A stretch of 64,000 nucleotides of DNA from Lepidodermella squamata (GCA_047495785.1 JBLDXI010000054.1:2852001-2916000), one strand, 5' to 3'. Shown: positions 44,234 to 64,000, counted from the first letter of the stretch. Made by a program: numbers and translations. The notes: a model not told the origin generated them from the sequence alone.

Positions 44234-46048
44234 TCATTGCGAAATTTGCGCGAGAGGAACCTCGAGCTGTGAATGTTCTTCCTGGCATTGCTCAGCCGAG
44301 GCTTTCAGCTTATCAGGTGTCGCTCCTATTTTAGCCATGTAGGACAGAAACTGGCGCGGTATTTCAGCCATTACTTCTCTGAAATTCAAGATAGTTTTTT
44401 TCAAGCTAGAAATTTGAAACTGAGTAAATATTAATATTTACCTAGCTAACTCCACCTGCGCCATCGCCCAATTATTTCCCGTTCGATGGAGAATTTTCGA
44501 AAAGGGCACAAATTGAACAATATCCCGCTCCATGCGACGGCCTTTTTCAGTTTTCAACGGATTAACATCAGCATCCAACACCTCCATATCCGTAAAATCC
44601 GCATGACCAACGCCGACAATGATAATTGAAATCGGCAGCGAGCTAGCGCTGATTATAGCTTCGGTTGTTTCTTTCATGTCAGAAATAACGCCATCGGTTA
44701 GAATTAGTAGGACAAAATACTCATGACCGTCCCTCTTCTCATTCGCGTAGTTAAACAATTGCCGGATGATCGGAGCGAAATTTGTCGGTCCGTGCAGTCT
44801 TACACGCTGCAAAGCACCCCTATAAGCCTGCATAACTCCATCAACTCCCTCGCAAAACGGATTTATCTCATCACCATTCTAAAATATTAAGGAGGGATAA
44901 ATATTTTTATGGAAAAATTCGAAAATTTACCAAGAAAAAGCAATGGCTAGGCCGCCAATTCGGTGGGACCAGGGCGCCAAAACCAAGAGCGGGGAACATT
45001 TTATCGCTATCATAGTCTTGAATAATCTCCAAAACAGCCCGCAAGGCCATTTGGTACTGATTTGGGCCATTAGGGTTGTTAAAATGAAGGGAACTAGGAT
45101 TTTCCGGCGGTCCATTCGAGGCTGTGAAATCAATCGCGGCAACACAGTTCAGTTGAACGCTTCTGTAAAAAAAATCGAAAAAAATCCTCCTTAATCATTC
45201 ACATTTTCAAAATTAACGAACCCGCGAGAGACAAAATCGAGAAAAGACATATTTGCGTCCTTATTGATGCTGACCAAATGCAGCGTAGCGCCTTCGCCCA
45301 TCGCATAGGTGTTTCTCGGGTGATTAGGGCCCATATTTAGAACTCCGACGGTTGTATTGACGGAGCCAACCATTTTATGGGCGCCATTTGTCTTCGCCTG
45401 CCATACTGCGATTCGAATCACCCGATCGATATCGCCATTGCATAGCGTGAATGAATTGACTTTACATAGTGGCCACGTGACTGTTTTATCACCCGGGACG
45501 ATGCGGCTTCGATATGCGAGTAGTTCCCCGCCTTTAGGGATGGTTTTAAAAATTTCAAGAAAATACGACCTCTCGCCGCTGAACAGCTTCTTCGGCAGAT
45601 TATTGACGCAAAATTTGATGATGAATGACTCCTTAAACGCGCCCATTTCCTCGGCAACTATTGTCATAAGGCCTACTTCGTTGTTTTCGTCCATCAATGG
45701 CTTTTCATAGACCCCCGAGCCGCTGCATCTCACAATTTCAGCCAAAGGACCATCGACCGAGCCCAGGAAGTCAACATCCTCATGCTCCTGATCAAAGTCG
45801 TAGAGCTCGAAGCGTAATAATTGCCGCTCTTCGAATAAATAAGTCGCGTCGATTTTTTGCGAGAAACAAGGCCGGAAAGTACCGCGAAGAACCTCTGTTC
45901 GACCGATTTCGCTCCAATCATCGGTAGAGCCGGGTTTTAAACTGTAAACAACGCATAGCAAATTCAATTTTTCTTCGCCGGTTTGTTCTCGAAACAGCTG
46001 GCAAGATATCGATAACTCGACAGCACTCGAAGCCGCTGGGGGTGCCAT
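44234..46048 (-). CDS. CPNE: Copine, paralog 5
   Basis: [44 protein letters not shown]; last exon EVMAEIPRQF...ISQ*. Confidence 0.94.
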
Positions 46049-46228
46049 ATTATCATCCCTTTTATCTTAACAGTCTAAAGAAAGAAGACAACATGGGTAT
46101 ATAATTGAGATCATAAAATTTGAAATCAAACGAGATAATATCACAGCCCGATAAAGTTGACCGCTATTTTGAGAGATTGAAATGGGGGGTGATGAACTCA
46201 AAAATTTAGACACAATTTTTAAGGTGGG

Positions 46229-48006
<1,778 letters not shown>

Positions 48007-48245
48007 TTTTTTAACTAAAATCTAATTAAAAAAAAATCAAAACCAGAAATTAAGCGTAATTTACGCGAAAGAATCTGTACACCATCGCATCACAATGAAG
48101 CAGAGAAGCATCAACAAGGAATTTCAAAAATGAAAAGCTAAGCGTAGACCAACTAACAGCAGTTTAACAAGCCAATGAGTAAATACATCGAATGAGCATG
48201 CATAAATAAAATCATCAAAAATGATCGAAAATAACGGTATTATGG

Positions 48246-50676
48246 TCAGTGCTGAGGGGCAGAAGCCGGCGGCGGGGCAGTTGCTTTGAGCTTCTCAGGT
48301 GTCATCCCAACCTTAGCCATATAGGACAAAAATTGCCGTGGAATTTCGGCCAAAACCTCACTGAAATGGGACAGCGATTATAAATTTAGCAAGAAAAATT
48401 AAAGAATTATATACCGAGCAAGTTCGACTTGCGCCATGCCCCAGTTATTCCCAGTTCGATTGAGAATATTGGTAAAAGGCACAAATTGAACAATGTCTCG
48501 CTCCATCCTACGCCCATTAGCCGTCATAAGCGGTCTATCATCCGCATCGAGTTTTTCCATCGCCGAAAAATCCGCATGGCCAACTCCGACGATGATGATA
48601 GAAATTGGCAGAGTGCTCGCGTGAACAATAGATTCAGTTGTTTGCGCCATGTCCGAGATAACTCCATCGGTGAGAATCAACAAAATGAAGTAAGACCGGC
48701 CGTCTGCATTGGCGTGTGCAAAACTTGTGACATGGTTTATAATTGGTGCAAAATTTGTTGGACCATTCAGTTTCACGCGTTGTATGGCAGCTGTATATGC
48801 TTGCAAAACGCCATCTACGCCGGAGCAATAAGGATTCGATGGATGGCCATTCTGAAAAAAATAGAAAATTCCACCTACAGCGATGAAATATCGAAAAATG
48901 TTTAGACCATTTAGCTATCCTCAGCTCTAAAAGCTATTATAGGAGACATTAATAATGCCGCAAAGCGTGGGGTATTTCATAAAGTTACGCCACTTCACCC
49001 GCTTGCCAACAGTGCAAAAATCGATAACTTTAAATTTTACACTCAAAAACTTGCGATGAAAACTTTCGGTTCAAAATTAAAATAGGACACCATACCAGAA
49101 AAACTTAGGGAAAGCTGCAAAGGTTGACTTCATTCAGCTCGAAAAGATCGAAGTGAAATCGCTCATTAGTTTCGTAAAATAATGAAAATTAATGGAGAAA
49201 AATGGAGTTTGTACCTTCAAATTTGAATTGTTCACTACCGATTTCGGGACTTCCACCAAAAAATCCAAAAATTTCGAAATAAATTTCGCCAACGAAACGG
49301 AAACCGCCATCAATTTAGGTACTTTTCCGTTTCGAAGAAAACTGCAAATTGATGGTGTAATTTGACTTTTCGGATTTGTTAGTGGAAGTCCCAAAATTGA
49401 AGGCTAAATCCTAATTTCATTGTAAGAAAATGTAAACCCAAATTCAATAAATTTGTATTATTTCTCAAAATCGGAAAATAATTAAAAAATCAAATTTCTT
49501 TTTCTACGAAAATCTACGAATTTGACCTATATTTTGGGGTTTCACGTACAGCCCTGGAGATGCCTTTTTGGTTTTTCCATTCAAAGTTTTACTTACGACG
49601 AAAAAGCAATGGTCCGTGTGCCAATCAGGCGGAATCTGAGCCCCGAAACCCAGAACCGGAAACATTTTATCACTATCGTAGTCCTGAATGATATCCAGCA
49701 CAGAACGTAGCGCCATTTGGTATTGGTTCGGATGGGCTGGGTTCATGGCGTAATGCAACGACTGCGGATTCGTTGGATTTCCATTCGAAGCCGTAAAGTC
49801 AACAGCGGCAAAACAATGCAGTGTAATGCCGACTTTGATAAAGTCCAAAAATGACGATGTCGAGTCTTTCGTAATGGCCTCAAGACGCAAATTCGCTCCA
49901 CCTGATAACGCATAGGTATTTTGCGGATTTTGAGGCCCTTGGGCCAAAACTCGAAGGGTGGTACTGCATTGCCCCTTCATTTTATGGCTACCCGAATCCT
50001 TACGCTTCCAAATCGAAAGGCGAATGCTTCGATCCAAGTCGCCATTACACAAGGTGTGAGCGCCGAGTTGAAACATTGGCCAATTGACGAATTTCTTCCC
50101 CTTGACAACCGGACCTCGATAGGCCAACATTTCGCCGCCATTTTCCATGCTTTTGTGAATTTCGAGGAAATAAGAACTCTCACTGCTGAAAATACCCGTT
50201 GGCAAATTTCCGGCGCTAAATCGCATGGAATAAGCCTCTTTGCATGAACCAAGTTCTTCGGCCATAATTTTGATAAAACCGCGGTCCTCCCTGCCCTTGC
50301 CATGAAGGGGCTTCTCAAAGCCGGACATGCCGCTGTAACTGACAATTTCACCCAAAGCCGCCTCGCAAGATCCGATGAAGTCATGGTCGGCTAGGTTTGT
50401 TTTCGTAGAATCAATGTCGTACATGTCAAATCGTAGCAGTTGGCGTTCTTCGAAAAAGTACGTCATGTTGATTTTTCGCGAAAAGGTCGGGTTCAAGTTG
50501 TCCTTAATGACCTCAGTACGGCCGATTTCGATCCAATCATTGCTGTTACCCGTACGACGCAGGTAGACAACGCAACACGGGTCTGATTTTGAGATTACAT
50601 CCAAATTTTTCAACTTTCGGCACGAAATTGTCAGCTCAACAGCGCTGTAAGGTGAGCTTGGGGGCAGCTGCGCCAT
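48246..50676 (-). CDS. CPNE: Copine, paralog 7
   Basis: [23 protein letters not shown] (same exon as the C2 domains), ILTDG; last exon EVLAEIPRQF...PQH*. Confidence 0.95.
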
Positions 50677-51025
50677 TTCGATGTTTAAAAAATCTAAAAA
50701 AATACGAAAAATTTCACAAAAAATAGCATTTAATGGGTTGAGAACAATTGATCCGGTTAAAACTCATATATCATGGATAGGTAAATATCACGAAGCCCGC
50801 AACAAAATAAGCAGTTTTACAAAATATACGAGTGCGCAAGAATAGAATAGACTATAAAAAGGGATTGAACTCTTGAGAGTGCAAATTCGATGTTAAAATT
50901 TCCAAAAATCTATCTTAAGAGTATATAGGGAATGCACTTTTAGTAATGCAGCACAGTTGAATATACTCGCGATTTTACATTATAAAAAAAATTAAGACAG
51001 CTAAAAATAAAGCAATTCATTCGAT

Positions 51026-52897
51026 TCAGGCCGTTTTAGGCAGTGCGGCAATTTTTTGAGGCGTCATTCCGATTTTCGACATGTAAGACAGAAATTGACC
51101 AGGAATTTCGGCTAGAACTTCACGAGCAAGTTCAATTTTAGCGACTTCGTAATTGAAATTTGCTTTTCGCATAATTTGCGTGAAGGGCACAAATTGAACA
51201 ATATCCCGCTCCATGCCACGCCCGTGCGTATCAACCAACGGATTGTCATCGGCATCCAGCCGGTCCATGGCTGAAAAATCAGCCTCACCCACGCCGACAA
51301 TAATAATCGACATGGGCAGCCCAGTAGCGGCTACAATTGCATTTGTTGTCTGAGCCAAATCGCTGATAACACCATCGGTTATAATCATGAGGATAAAATA
51401 ATTCTTGCCCTCTTTATTCGAATTCGCAAACTGCGAGACGTGATTTATGACCGGGGCGAAATTTGTCGGTCCGTGGAGTCGAACGTTAGCCAGCGCGTTC
51501 GCGTAAGCTGCCATCACGCCCTCAACACCGGCACAATACGGACTCGTGGGGTGGAAATTTAGGAAAAATTCGTGGCTGACTTGAAAATTCGGAGGAATTA
51601 AGGCGCCGAAACCGAGGCACGGGAACATGCGATCTGTGTCGTAGTCTTGAATAATCTCGAGAACTGATCTCAACGCAATTTGATATTGATTAGGATGCTG
51701 TGGGTTCATATAATGCAGTGAAGTCGCCTGTCGAGGGTCGCCATTTGATGACGTAAAATCAACCGCAATCGAGCAATGCATCTGAACTTGGCTAAAATTG
51801 CAAAAAGAGCAGTTTTAAAATATTATTTTTTCAAATTCCAAATTTTAAGGAATTTTAAATCTAATTTTTAATTTTTAAATTAATTGAAATTCAAATCTTA
51901 TTAATTTCAGATTTTTTTAATTCCACTGTTTTAAAGAAAAAAATTAAAATTCATCAATTCAAAATAGAGTAAAAATATTTGCACCACTAATTTGAAATTC
52001 CAAACCTCAAATTTGAAAATAAATTCAAAATTTGCACTTAGCGCGCCCATTTAAATCAAAAATTGAAAAATCTTACCCTATTTTAATGAAGTCGATGAAA
52101 GTAGAATGGGAGCCTCTTGAAAAGCTGATTAGACGAACGGAAGCGCCTGAGGATAGTTTGAAGCTAAACGGAAGGACGCATTCACTCATAGCTCTAACAG
52201 TCGTGTTCCAATCGCCCAAACTTCGATGCGACCCATTCGATTTTTTCTTGAATAGCGTTATTTTCAGCCCTCGATCGACATCTCCGTTACACAGGCTGTG
52301 CATACTGATTTGCGCAACTTTCCATTCGAGGCAGTTTTTACCCGTGTGTTTATCACTTCGATAGACCAGAATCATCGCACTAGTTTCTGTCGCTTTGTGA
52401 ATTTCGTAGAAAAATTGCGAGACTCCGAAAAATTTCTTCGGTAAATGATCACCGCCTAGCTTTATCGAATAAGCCTCCTTAAAACTCGACAATTCATCGG
52501 CGCAGATTCTGATTTTGCCGTTAGGGCCGCGTTTCGGGCCCTGTAGATCACGCTCGAATGCCGCCAAACCAGAGCAAGATACAATTTCGCCGAGAGTAGC
52601 CTCCGTCCGGCCGATGAAATCGTGATCTGAGAGATTATGCGAGCTAGAATCGATGTCGTATATCTCGAATTTGAGCACTTGCCGCTCTTCAAACATGTAA
52701 GTAAGGGTGAATTTTTTCGCGAATTCCGGGTTGAGGTTATTTTTAACGACCTCTGTCCGGCCGATTTCTTGCCACGAATCCGTGCGGGCTTGTTTGAGGA
52801 AAACAACACACATCGGGTCTGATTTCGATAAAATATCCGAATCACGCAGATTGCGACAAGAAATTGTCAGCTCGACAATGCTGCACGGCTCGTTCAT
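51026..52897 (-). CDS. CPNE: Copine, paralog 8
   Basis: [39 protein letters not shown]; two exons. Confidence 0.96.
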
Positions 52898-53157
52898 GAC
52901 GACGGTGACAAATAGTAATATTTAAACAGGGGTAGTGTATAAAAATAATCTACCAGAAAAATGTGAAATTCGTGCAATTAAAAGCTGAATTTATGGCATA
53001 TGTAAAATGATATATCGAAAAATCGTTGTGCAAGCAGCGTTGTATAGAAAAACTAGAACTATAAGAAAAAGAGCGATAAAAGGTCCCACTTTCGACACCT
53101 TTTACATTGCGGAAGCGTAACAAGATTTAAAAATATATGTCGGGTGTAAAAACTGGG

Positions 53158-54843
<1,686 letters not shown>

Positions 54844-55948
54844 CTAGGCAAAAAGCAAAAGACAATCAACCTAATTGAAAAAAATATTTAAATGTAACTA
54901 GTACCTTTAATCGCAACGAGAATGAAGGAAGCTCGATGTAAAACACGCCTTTTGATTGATAAAAGGCCTATAAAAGAATTGTCCATTCTGTATCAAATGA
55001 CTTTCTTGAGTAAGTTGGAAAAATATAGACAGCATAAGTGCATAGTCACCACGACATTAGTATTTGCCACTAGCGTTTTGAATCTCTCGCTATTTTTTTG
55101 GTATACTATTTCCAAATCCCACCGGATTGTATATCAAAGCTACTTATTTGCGGCAAAATTTGATTAAGACGAGTGCATGAAGAACCGGACTTAGTAACAC
55201 GCTCGAATAACAATTCAAATAATATAATAGCTATTAGCACTGCCGAACCGACGCAATAGAAATAAAAGAAAAAATCACGGAAATGAACAAACGGCGCCAG
55301 GCATTAATTGAAATTAATCCAACTTGAAAATCGCAAAGTCAATCGTCAATAGCCGAAACGAAACAAACAAAACAAAAGAGTTTTATAGTATTCATGTCAC
55401 GCAAAATCTAGTGTTTACCGAAACGCCCACGACATGGCGCAAAAAACGATGATTCACAAGCTTATTAATATTTACAAGCAAAAATCATCAATGAATTACA
55501 TATACTGGGTCATCGTTGCATCGCATCATTTGTGTTCTGTATTTATTCACACGTCGCCTTCAGCCCCATCCTTTCATCGTAATCATCCCTCGCCATATAA
55601 AAATTGCACACAGTGCTTTGCGATCAAATCAGACGAGCGAGCGAGATGAATGGAAATACAATTGTAATACACATATTATATGTAAATAAAAGCAGCAACA
55701 ATATTTGAGCATGATCGATGCGTAATATTAGGGATATCGAGCAGCCACGGCGAAAAAGCAATCAAATCCTATATATCTTTTGAAAAAAAACGTCATTCGA
55801 TTTTTGTGAGTGCGCAAATACTCAACGGGACGTTTCATCTTAGTAAAACGCCACCTTAATCTCTATCTCGCCACAAATATATGGTTAAATACATCTAACG
55901 ATAACTATAAAAACGAGAATTCATAAAGCAAAATTGATTTCGTCAAAG

Positions 55949-57784
<1,836 letters not shown>

Positions 57785-59286
57785 TTTTCTGCAGGTACGA
57801 TCCTATAGCAAATAATATATGTTTCAATAGTTATATTCAAGTGAAAGAACTTGACTACTTAAAAATGATAAAAACTGGAAGGTTTTTAAGGCTGTGGAAT
57901 CAATTTAGAAAATCGACGTGCTGGAAGACAGAATAGTCCCTGATAAAATCCAGATGCAAATGAACCTGTGGTAGTAGTAACAGATCAACGTAACAGATCA
58001 GAGAAAAAGGGTGATCTTATACGGTCACCCACGGCAAACGACCGCTGAACTATAAAACTATAAGGCACCCTTTAGTGAGTGCATCTGTGTGTAACGATTT
58101 AACGAGGCTAACGATCATCGGCTCTCCAACACTCACTTTGGCTAGCATACAGCATACTGAATCTTGAAGCTTCTATATACCGAAGATCAAAGCTCAGGTT
58201 TCTATGGCGTGACAAAATGAAGTGATGATTGACCAAGGTAGCTGGGCCGGTTATCTTGCACTATCGTAGGGCCAACTTTCAGCCAAACGCCACCCCTAGC
58301 CTCAACATTAACCTGAAACTTAAAAATGGGAACTTAAAGTAGCAATATAACCCATATCAATAGTTCATGAGTCAAGCTGGGAGGCTGGGCAAAGCTCTCG
58401 GATCGTCAAAAGTTCCAACAAAGTCATAATCGGAATGTTGTGTAAGGAAGATGACCGTGATTCGGAGGTGTGGGAGATTTCCACTCCCGAGCCTTATCTG
58501 TCAGAAACACGCAAAACCCCAATGCTACGGGTAACGCATAAGATAATTTCGACTTAGCCAACACCGTTTTCCAGTTGTAAGCGATGACTCAAACAAGATA
58601 GTAACCCGCTTGAAAACCAGCCTCCTTTGGAGCCCCGCTTTTCAGGCGAAACCATTTCGAAAAAATATAGCGCTCAAAAATGTTTTTCACGTTTAATAAA
58701 AATTAATTTTTTTAAATGTCAATGATATATTTATTTATGCTCATAAATAGGTAGCACTGAAATATTGCGGAAATTCATTCTTTATTCTGTATGTGGGGTT
58801 AGAACTGACCTGGGGAGAAATCGGAAGGGCCATGGACAAATCATCGATGAATGATGCGTGAATGTGTGAATCGTTTTCTTTATCTAATATCTCATGAATG
58901 AATCCGACCACGCAATGATTCAAGTGTCAACAGTATCAGAACGCGACATTGCAAAGGCAGTTCTTAATTAATAAGCATGGATTACCAACGTAACGGTCTG
59001 CGGCATGGCGAACGTCGCGTGTCCGCTTGAGAGCAAAGCTGAAACCTCGAACTGCCTCAACGCTTTTTCACCACGTGGTTCTTATCTGATTCTACATTAC
59101 GCGAAATAGGATGCCCCCTGCATGTTTATTGTGAAAAATATACAATGGTTGCAACATGAGGTTATTGCATATTCTCGAAGTTCTTGACTAGAACCGAGAG
59201 CAGCTTGTTCACGCAATGTATATTGTTAAAAAAGACTGTTATCATAAATTATACCTTTTAATTCATGACAGATTTTTAACCAGCAG

Positions 59287-60822
59287 ATGTTTTCCTTGTC
59301 TGAGTCAACGCATCCTGAGTTGGCTGATCTACTTGCACATTTTTTACGTACAACTTACCGCTCAACTTCGACTAATGAGTATAGTCGTGCCGTATTAAAA
59401 AATGCGACAAGTTTGCTGAATCGCGATTTTGCCTACGTCGATATAGACAATACTGGAGGGCAGTTATGCGACTCATACCCGGAGGTTATTCCGTTCCTGC
59501 TGAGTGAGTCTATAGAAATAGACTCTTCAAAGCTGTCAGATCTTCTTGGAAAATGCAAGCGGGCGAGGTGTCGTAATCGTTTCGTTGTGCCTGTTATCAA
59601 ATACGGCGAAAGATTGCTGTGCCGATCTGGAACGCTCTCCGCATCCGTTGAAATGTTTTATCGCAATAGCTGTGATTTTCTGTTTGGTTCAAAATCGGCG
59701 GCGCATCCCACCCCTACTTCATCTTCTCAAGTCGTTCCCGATCGCGATTCTTTTGACAATATTCGCGGTGCAGATATTCAACTCCTGAAATTTCTCGGTG
59801 TCAGTCACATTGTCGATTTAATGCTTGAAAACAACAAATACAAATACGGCCTCAAGTTGACATCTTCAGAGAAAGTGGATAGAGAGAATCGATATTCTGG
59901 CTTTGAACTTGTTTGCTTACCCTTCCCTGGGGTAGAACATTTCTCGGACTGGGTCGACAATGGCTACGTTGAATCCGGGCTTCGGTTTGACTGGTCCCAA
60001 AATTTCATTACTGCCGAAATGCGAATTCCTGAACAACTAATTAGGCGAGTCGAGTTTTCATCAGGAAACGTTGATTCGAATCTATCGACTTGGAATAATG
60101 TTTATCAAGACTGGGATACTGTTAAGCTAACGCAGGCGTACCTGAAACTAATTCTCAAATTGTTTCTCGAAGAATCAAATGGCCTTCTCGTCCATTGCAT
60201 ATCTGGCTGGGATAGAACCCCGCTGTTTGTGTCGCTAATACGGATAAGTCTTTGGGCTGATGGAGCTATACATAAATCACTGAATGCTGCGGAAATGTTG
60301 TACTTCACTGTTGCCTACGATTGGTTTCTATTTTCTCACGATTTGGCCGATCGAGCTAAAAATCGACAAGAGATCTTCCGCTTTTGCTTTTCGCTGTTGC
60401 GCTATATCGAAAATGATAGCTTTTCGGTTACGTCAATCCAGTCTCGTGGTAACGTGGTTACGTCTAGTCAAGAAATACTGCCAAATGGGTAATTTTTGGT
60501 AATACTTTTTGAATTCAGTGTTCAATATGATTTTATAACCAGTTCAAATGATAAATTCGATGGATTTCTGGAAAATGATGGACCCATGACCCGTCGTCGG
60601 TCTCGTTTAGGACTCATTCGAATGCTGTTCGAAAATGCTTACGCAACATGTTGCTCTGCTTCGTTCAAAAGCTCAGAAATGGCCGAAAATGCCAACAATC
60701 AAAGCGGCGCGCTGCAACAAATGTTTTTCGGCAGCCAACAGCCTTTTACTAGTTCTCTTTCATCAATATCACGGTGGCTTGGAAATTCATCGCCGGCGAA
60801 CGGAAACACTAACAATCATTGA
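59287..60822 (+). CDS. MTMR14: Myotubularin-related protein 14 (phosphoinositide 3-phosphatase)
   Basis: RARCRNRFVVPVI, CRSGTLS, TSSEKVD, catalytic LLVHCISGWDRTPLFVSL, AYDWFLFSH; one short intron near 60489-60542. Confidence 0.93.
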
Positions 60823-61019
60823 ATCCGATTCTCGGCGTCAAAATTATTCCTTTACTTATTTTGAATTGCTTTTGGTATTATTATTAATAATATTATGATA
60901 ATTGGGACGCTCGCAACTCGCAACGCATGATTTGTTGGCTAAAAATATTGATTGTTTTGTTTATTACATTTTGCTAATTAAAACCGGTTGAAAAGTTTCT
61001 AGTGTTTTTTGAAACAAAA

Positions 61020-62121
61020 ATGGGCGATCTTGAAAACTGGATGGCTAGCCTCCCTGCGAAAAGCCGCGATACGCCGCTATCTCAGCTCGCGATTCCAGGT
61101 TAAATGCGAATTATTTGTAATTGCATGAATTAAGGCGGATTTTTTGAAAATAAAGGATCTCACAATTCGTTTTCTTACGCTTTGGATATGAACGAGCCAT
61201 TCGCGCCTGATCTCGATCCGAGTATCAAAGGTGTTGTTGGAGCTCTAGGTGGATTTCTACCCATCGTCAAAAGCACTGTTTTGAAATGGTCGAAAAACCA
61301 GCATCTGAATTTGACGCAGCAATTGAAGGCTGGAGTTCGGTATTTTGACTGCAGAGTTGGCCTGCACAAGGAGACTGGTCGGATTCGGTTTTGCCACGGC
61401 TTATGGGGGCCATATGTCACCGACGAATTGACCTTGCTGAAAGATTTCCTCGACTCGCACCCAGGGGAGGTTGTACTTTTGGACTTCAATCACTTCTACG
61501 AGATGGAGGATGACGATCACGTGACGTTTACCTGCGAACTGCTAGAGTTACTCGGCGATCTGATGGTGCCTTTTAACAAATTTACAAACAATGGCTTTAT
61601 CGAATGGCACAGACTTACGTTGAATAATATGACGAAAGAGCTGCCGCGTGGTCAAGTCATGGTTTTCTACGCCAGTGAAACCGGTGTAGCACTTTCAGAT
61701 CTGGCGTTCTGGCCTGAATCGACAATTCAAGCTCCGTGGCCTCGAACTGTCGACCCGAAACAGATGATCACTTTCCACGAGGAACGCATGTGTTGCCCGT
61801 CGACTGTTGCGACAAAGGCGCAGAGATTCTACGTTTGCCAGGTGAAAAATCTCGAACTTCACTTGAATTTTGAAGATTTTTCGGTTTCTTTTTCAGGGAG
61901 TTGTGACACCTGATGGTGGGATGATAATGAAGAATCTGACGAAGAGCTTTTACGACCACATCGCTTGTAACGTGACTTCGGATTTTACAGGCTGGCTGTC
62001 GGCCAAGCGGCGCTCTTGTGGCGATGATCTCACCAATCTGAGTTCTTTTTGCAACATTTTCATAGCGGACGCAATCGAACTCGGCGGCTTCGTGCCGTCT
62101 GTCCTAGCTTTCAACGTCTGA
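61020..62121 (+). CDS. PLCXD: PI-PLC X-domain-containing protein
   Basis: NWMASLP...PLSQLAIPG|SHNSFSY, QQLKAGVRYFDCRV, HPGEVVLLDFNH, APWP, CQ|GVVTP, NIFIAD; three exons. Confidence 0.93.
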
Positions 62122-62952
62122 TACCTACCCCCTTGCAGTTATTCGCCAAGCGTGAACTGATCTAAATTATGAATAAATAATAGATTACCATAGTTTATTT
62201 GATTGCTGCAATAAAATTGCACTTCTCGTTTTAGAAAACCGGTGATGCCTATGAATAAAGAGTTTTCCGATTTTTTTCATAATTAAAGAGTGTCTCACTT
62301 TTTGGATGAAAACTGTTACTTTCCGTTTTTGAGTGGCCAAAGTCACCCCAAATTACGGTTTCTAAATTATAGCCACATAAAGTATTTTGCAGCCTTTCAC
62401 TACGTTTTCGCCACAGAAAATCCAAAAAACCCGTCGGAATGCTTTGGTTAATGTCGGAATTTAAACCGTCTTACCTATACCTATTAGCTATATTTTCATT
62501 CGGTTTCTAAGTTGAAAACAGACGCGTTTCCATGGCATTTAAAATTCTGGCAGACCAAATTGCCTCGGGTTTTTAAGAATTCATGACCTCCTTTCAAATG
62601 CCAAATTGCCTCGGGTTTTAAGACTTTTTGACCCCCTTTCAAGGTACTTTAATTTGATGCATTACTTATGGGACACCGGTGATTTTTCGCTTGTTCACAA
62701 TCTAATGCTCAATTATTTGTGTCATCTCAAGAGGTGCATGAAATTATAAGATTGATGGGCAGAAACAGAGTTCTATTTAATCTATCATGCAATATTCGCA
62801 CATGATTTTATGACTCCGCTGAGGGTCCCGGTCTATCGATTCAGCGCAGCTCTCAGGCGGTGAGTGGAAAATGCAGAGTGGATTCTTATTGAATTTAACA
62901 GGCATGGAATAGTTCACCCACAGTTAAAGCCACAATATTATTGGACATTAAG

Positions 62953-64000
62953 ATGAGCACTGTTATTTTCTTGATTATGACTTATGCCTCTTGTGCTATG
63001 GCTGATTCTACGAGCGATGGCAATGATGCGACGCCTTTGATGTTCAAGGACTGCATGCTGATGCCCAGCGCTGTTGTCCCGAATTTAGCAACACCAGACG
63101 AGCAAATACTCGCCGAGTCTTCATTTTCTCTCGACACTCTCGTTGAAGTCAGTGAATTGGAAGAAGTCGTGACGCTGATGGGAGGAATATTCATCAACTT
63201 TTATTTCGGATGTTTAGCAAAATCAGCCGCTATACATAATGAAACACACGCCATTCCAACTTACGGGGTCATTACAAATCCCAATGATTACTGGCGACCA
63301 CCGATCGTCTTCATGAACAGCCGGAATGACTATGGACTAACTCAAAACGTATATCCGGCAACGATGATCTTCCCCTTTCAGGGAGTTGTGGTTTACGCAA
63401 TATCGGGATTTTTCACTCCCAGGTGCTCTATGAACTTTCAAGCGTAATTTAAGTAGTGCATCGCTTTTTCAAGATTTTACTGTAGCTTCATTTCATTTGC
63501 CAAGGTTTCCTTTTGATCAACAGACATGCACTATCAAGATCGCGCTTTGGCTATCAAGCAGGGTATTAAAAGTTAGGCAGCATATATGCTGCCTAACTTT
63601 TAATTACTTCAGTGGCCGCAGCAATTTCATTTCACCGAATCTCGGCTGGGACCTTGTCAATGCTACCAGCGAAGTAGCAGCGCCTCCATTTATGCAAGTT
63701 GATTATTATCTCATGTTAACTTCATTCACCATCAGACGCCGGCCTGACTACTTTATTCTGAACATTATCATGCCATGCTTCTTCTTGACCGCTGCTCAAC
63801 TGGTGACATTTACCCTGCCGACTGAGTCATCGGATCGTGCAAGTTTTGCAGTTACTATTCTGTTAAGTTTCACAGTAATTCAAGCTCAAGTTCAATCGAA
63901 TATTCCGAAAACACCTGTCAACATTCTAATCAACGACGTGATACAAGCTGAGTCTATTTCGGCACTTTTGGTCACTATCTACGCCGGTGTAACATGCGCT
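62953..64000 (+). CDS. Divergent Cys-loop ligand-gated ion channel subunit (runs off the window end)
   Basis: Signal peptide, YWRPPIVFMNS, Cys-loop C-SMNFQA|FPFDQQT-C, IRRRPDYFILNIIMP, M2 SDRASFAVTILLSF, IPKT. Confidence 0.88.

Noticed and set aside
57800-59280. About eight WGATAA sites in the copine10-MTMR14 intergenic region
   Set aside because: Only a modest excess over expectation in AT-rich DNA; not supportable without a background model.
62230-62685. Possible Tc1-like MITE with an internal ~45-bp direct repeat
   Set aside because: One end (ACTTATGGGACAC, also seen near 2961) looks like a TIR but I could not find a convincing matching end.
63563-63612. 50-nt GT-AG intron containing the palindrome
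   Set aside because: Splicing it would shift the frame before the transmembrane region, while read-through is in frame.

Overview
Gene-dense eukaryotic (invertebrate animal) genomic DNA with mostly short GT-AG introns; the taxon cannot be fixed from the sequence. Left part (1-22.5 kb): terminal exon of a FOG/ZFPM-type zinc-finger gene, a secreted Cys-rich/cadherin-like/Ly6 mosaic gene, a Cys-loop ligand-gated channel, a possible CARD protein and a 3x Sushi protein. It also holds five copies of a tRNA-Gln(CUG)-U4 snRNA module (plus a truncated sixth U4), interleaved with three glycosyltransferases of a non-animal-looking GT-A type. These are arranged as inverted arms around a GABA-B-like class C GPCR whose signal peptide is split by a fresh MITE that may be removable by splicing. 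Middle (23-58 kb): twelve consecutive minus-strand genes, namely ten copines (all with a Lys/Arg-substituted C2B domain), DLD and VPS33. Right end: MTMR14, a PLCXD and a second Cys-loop channel. A 13-bp motif, TTAAG[GC][ACT]GGATTT, recurs in introns across the window. Gene models were spliced by eye and family calls come from motif recognition, not database searches.
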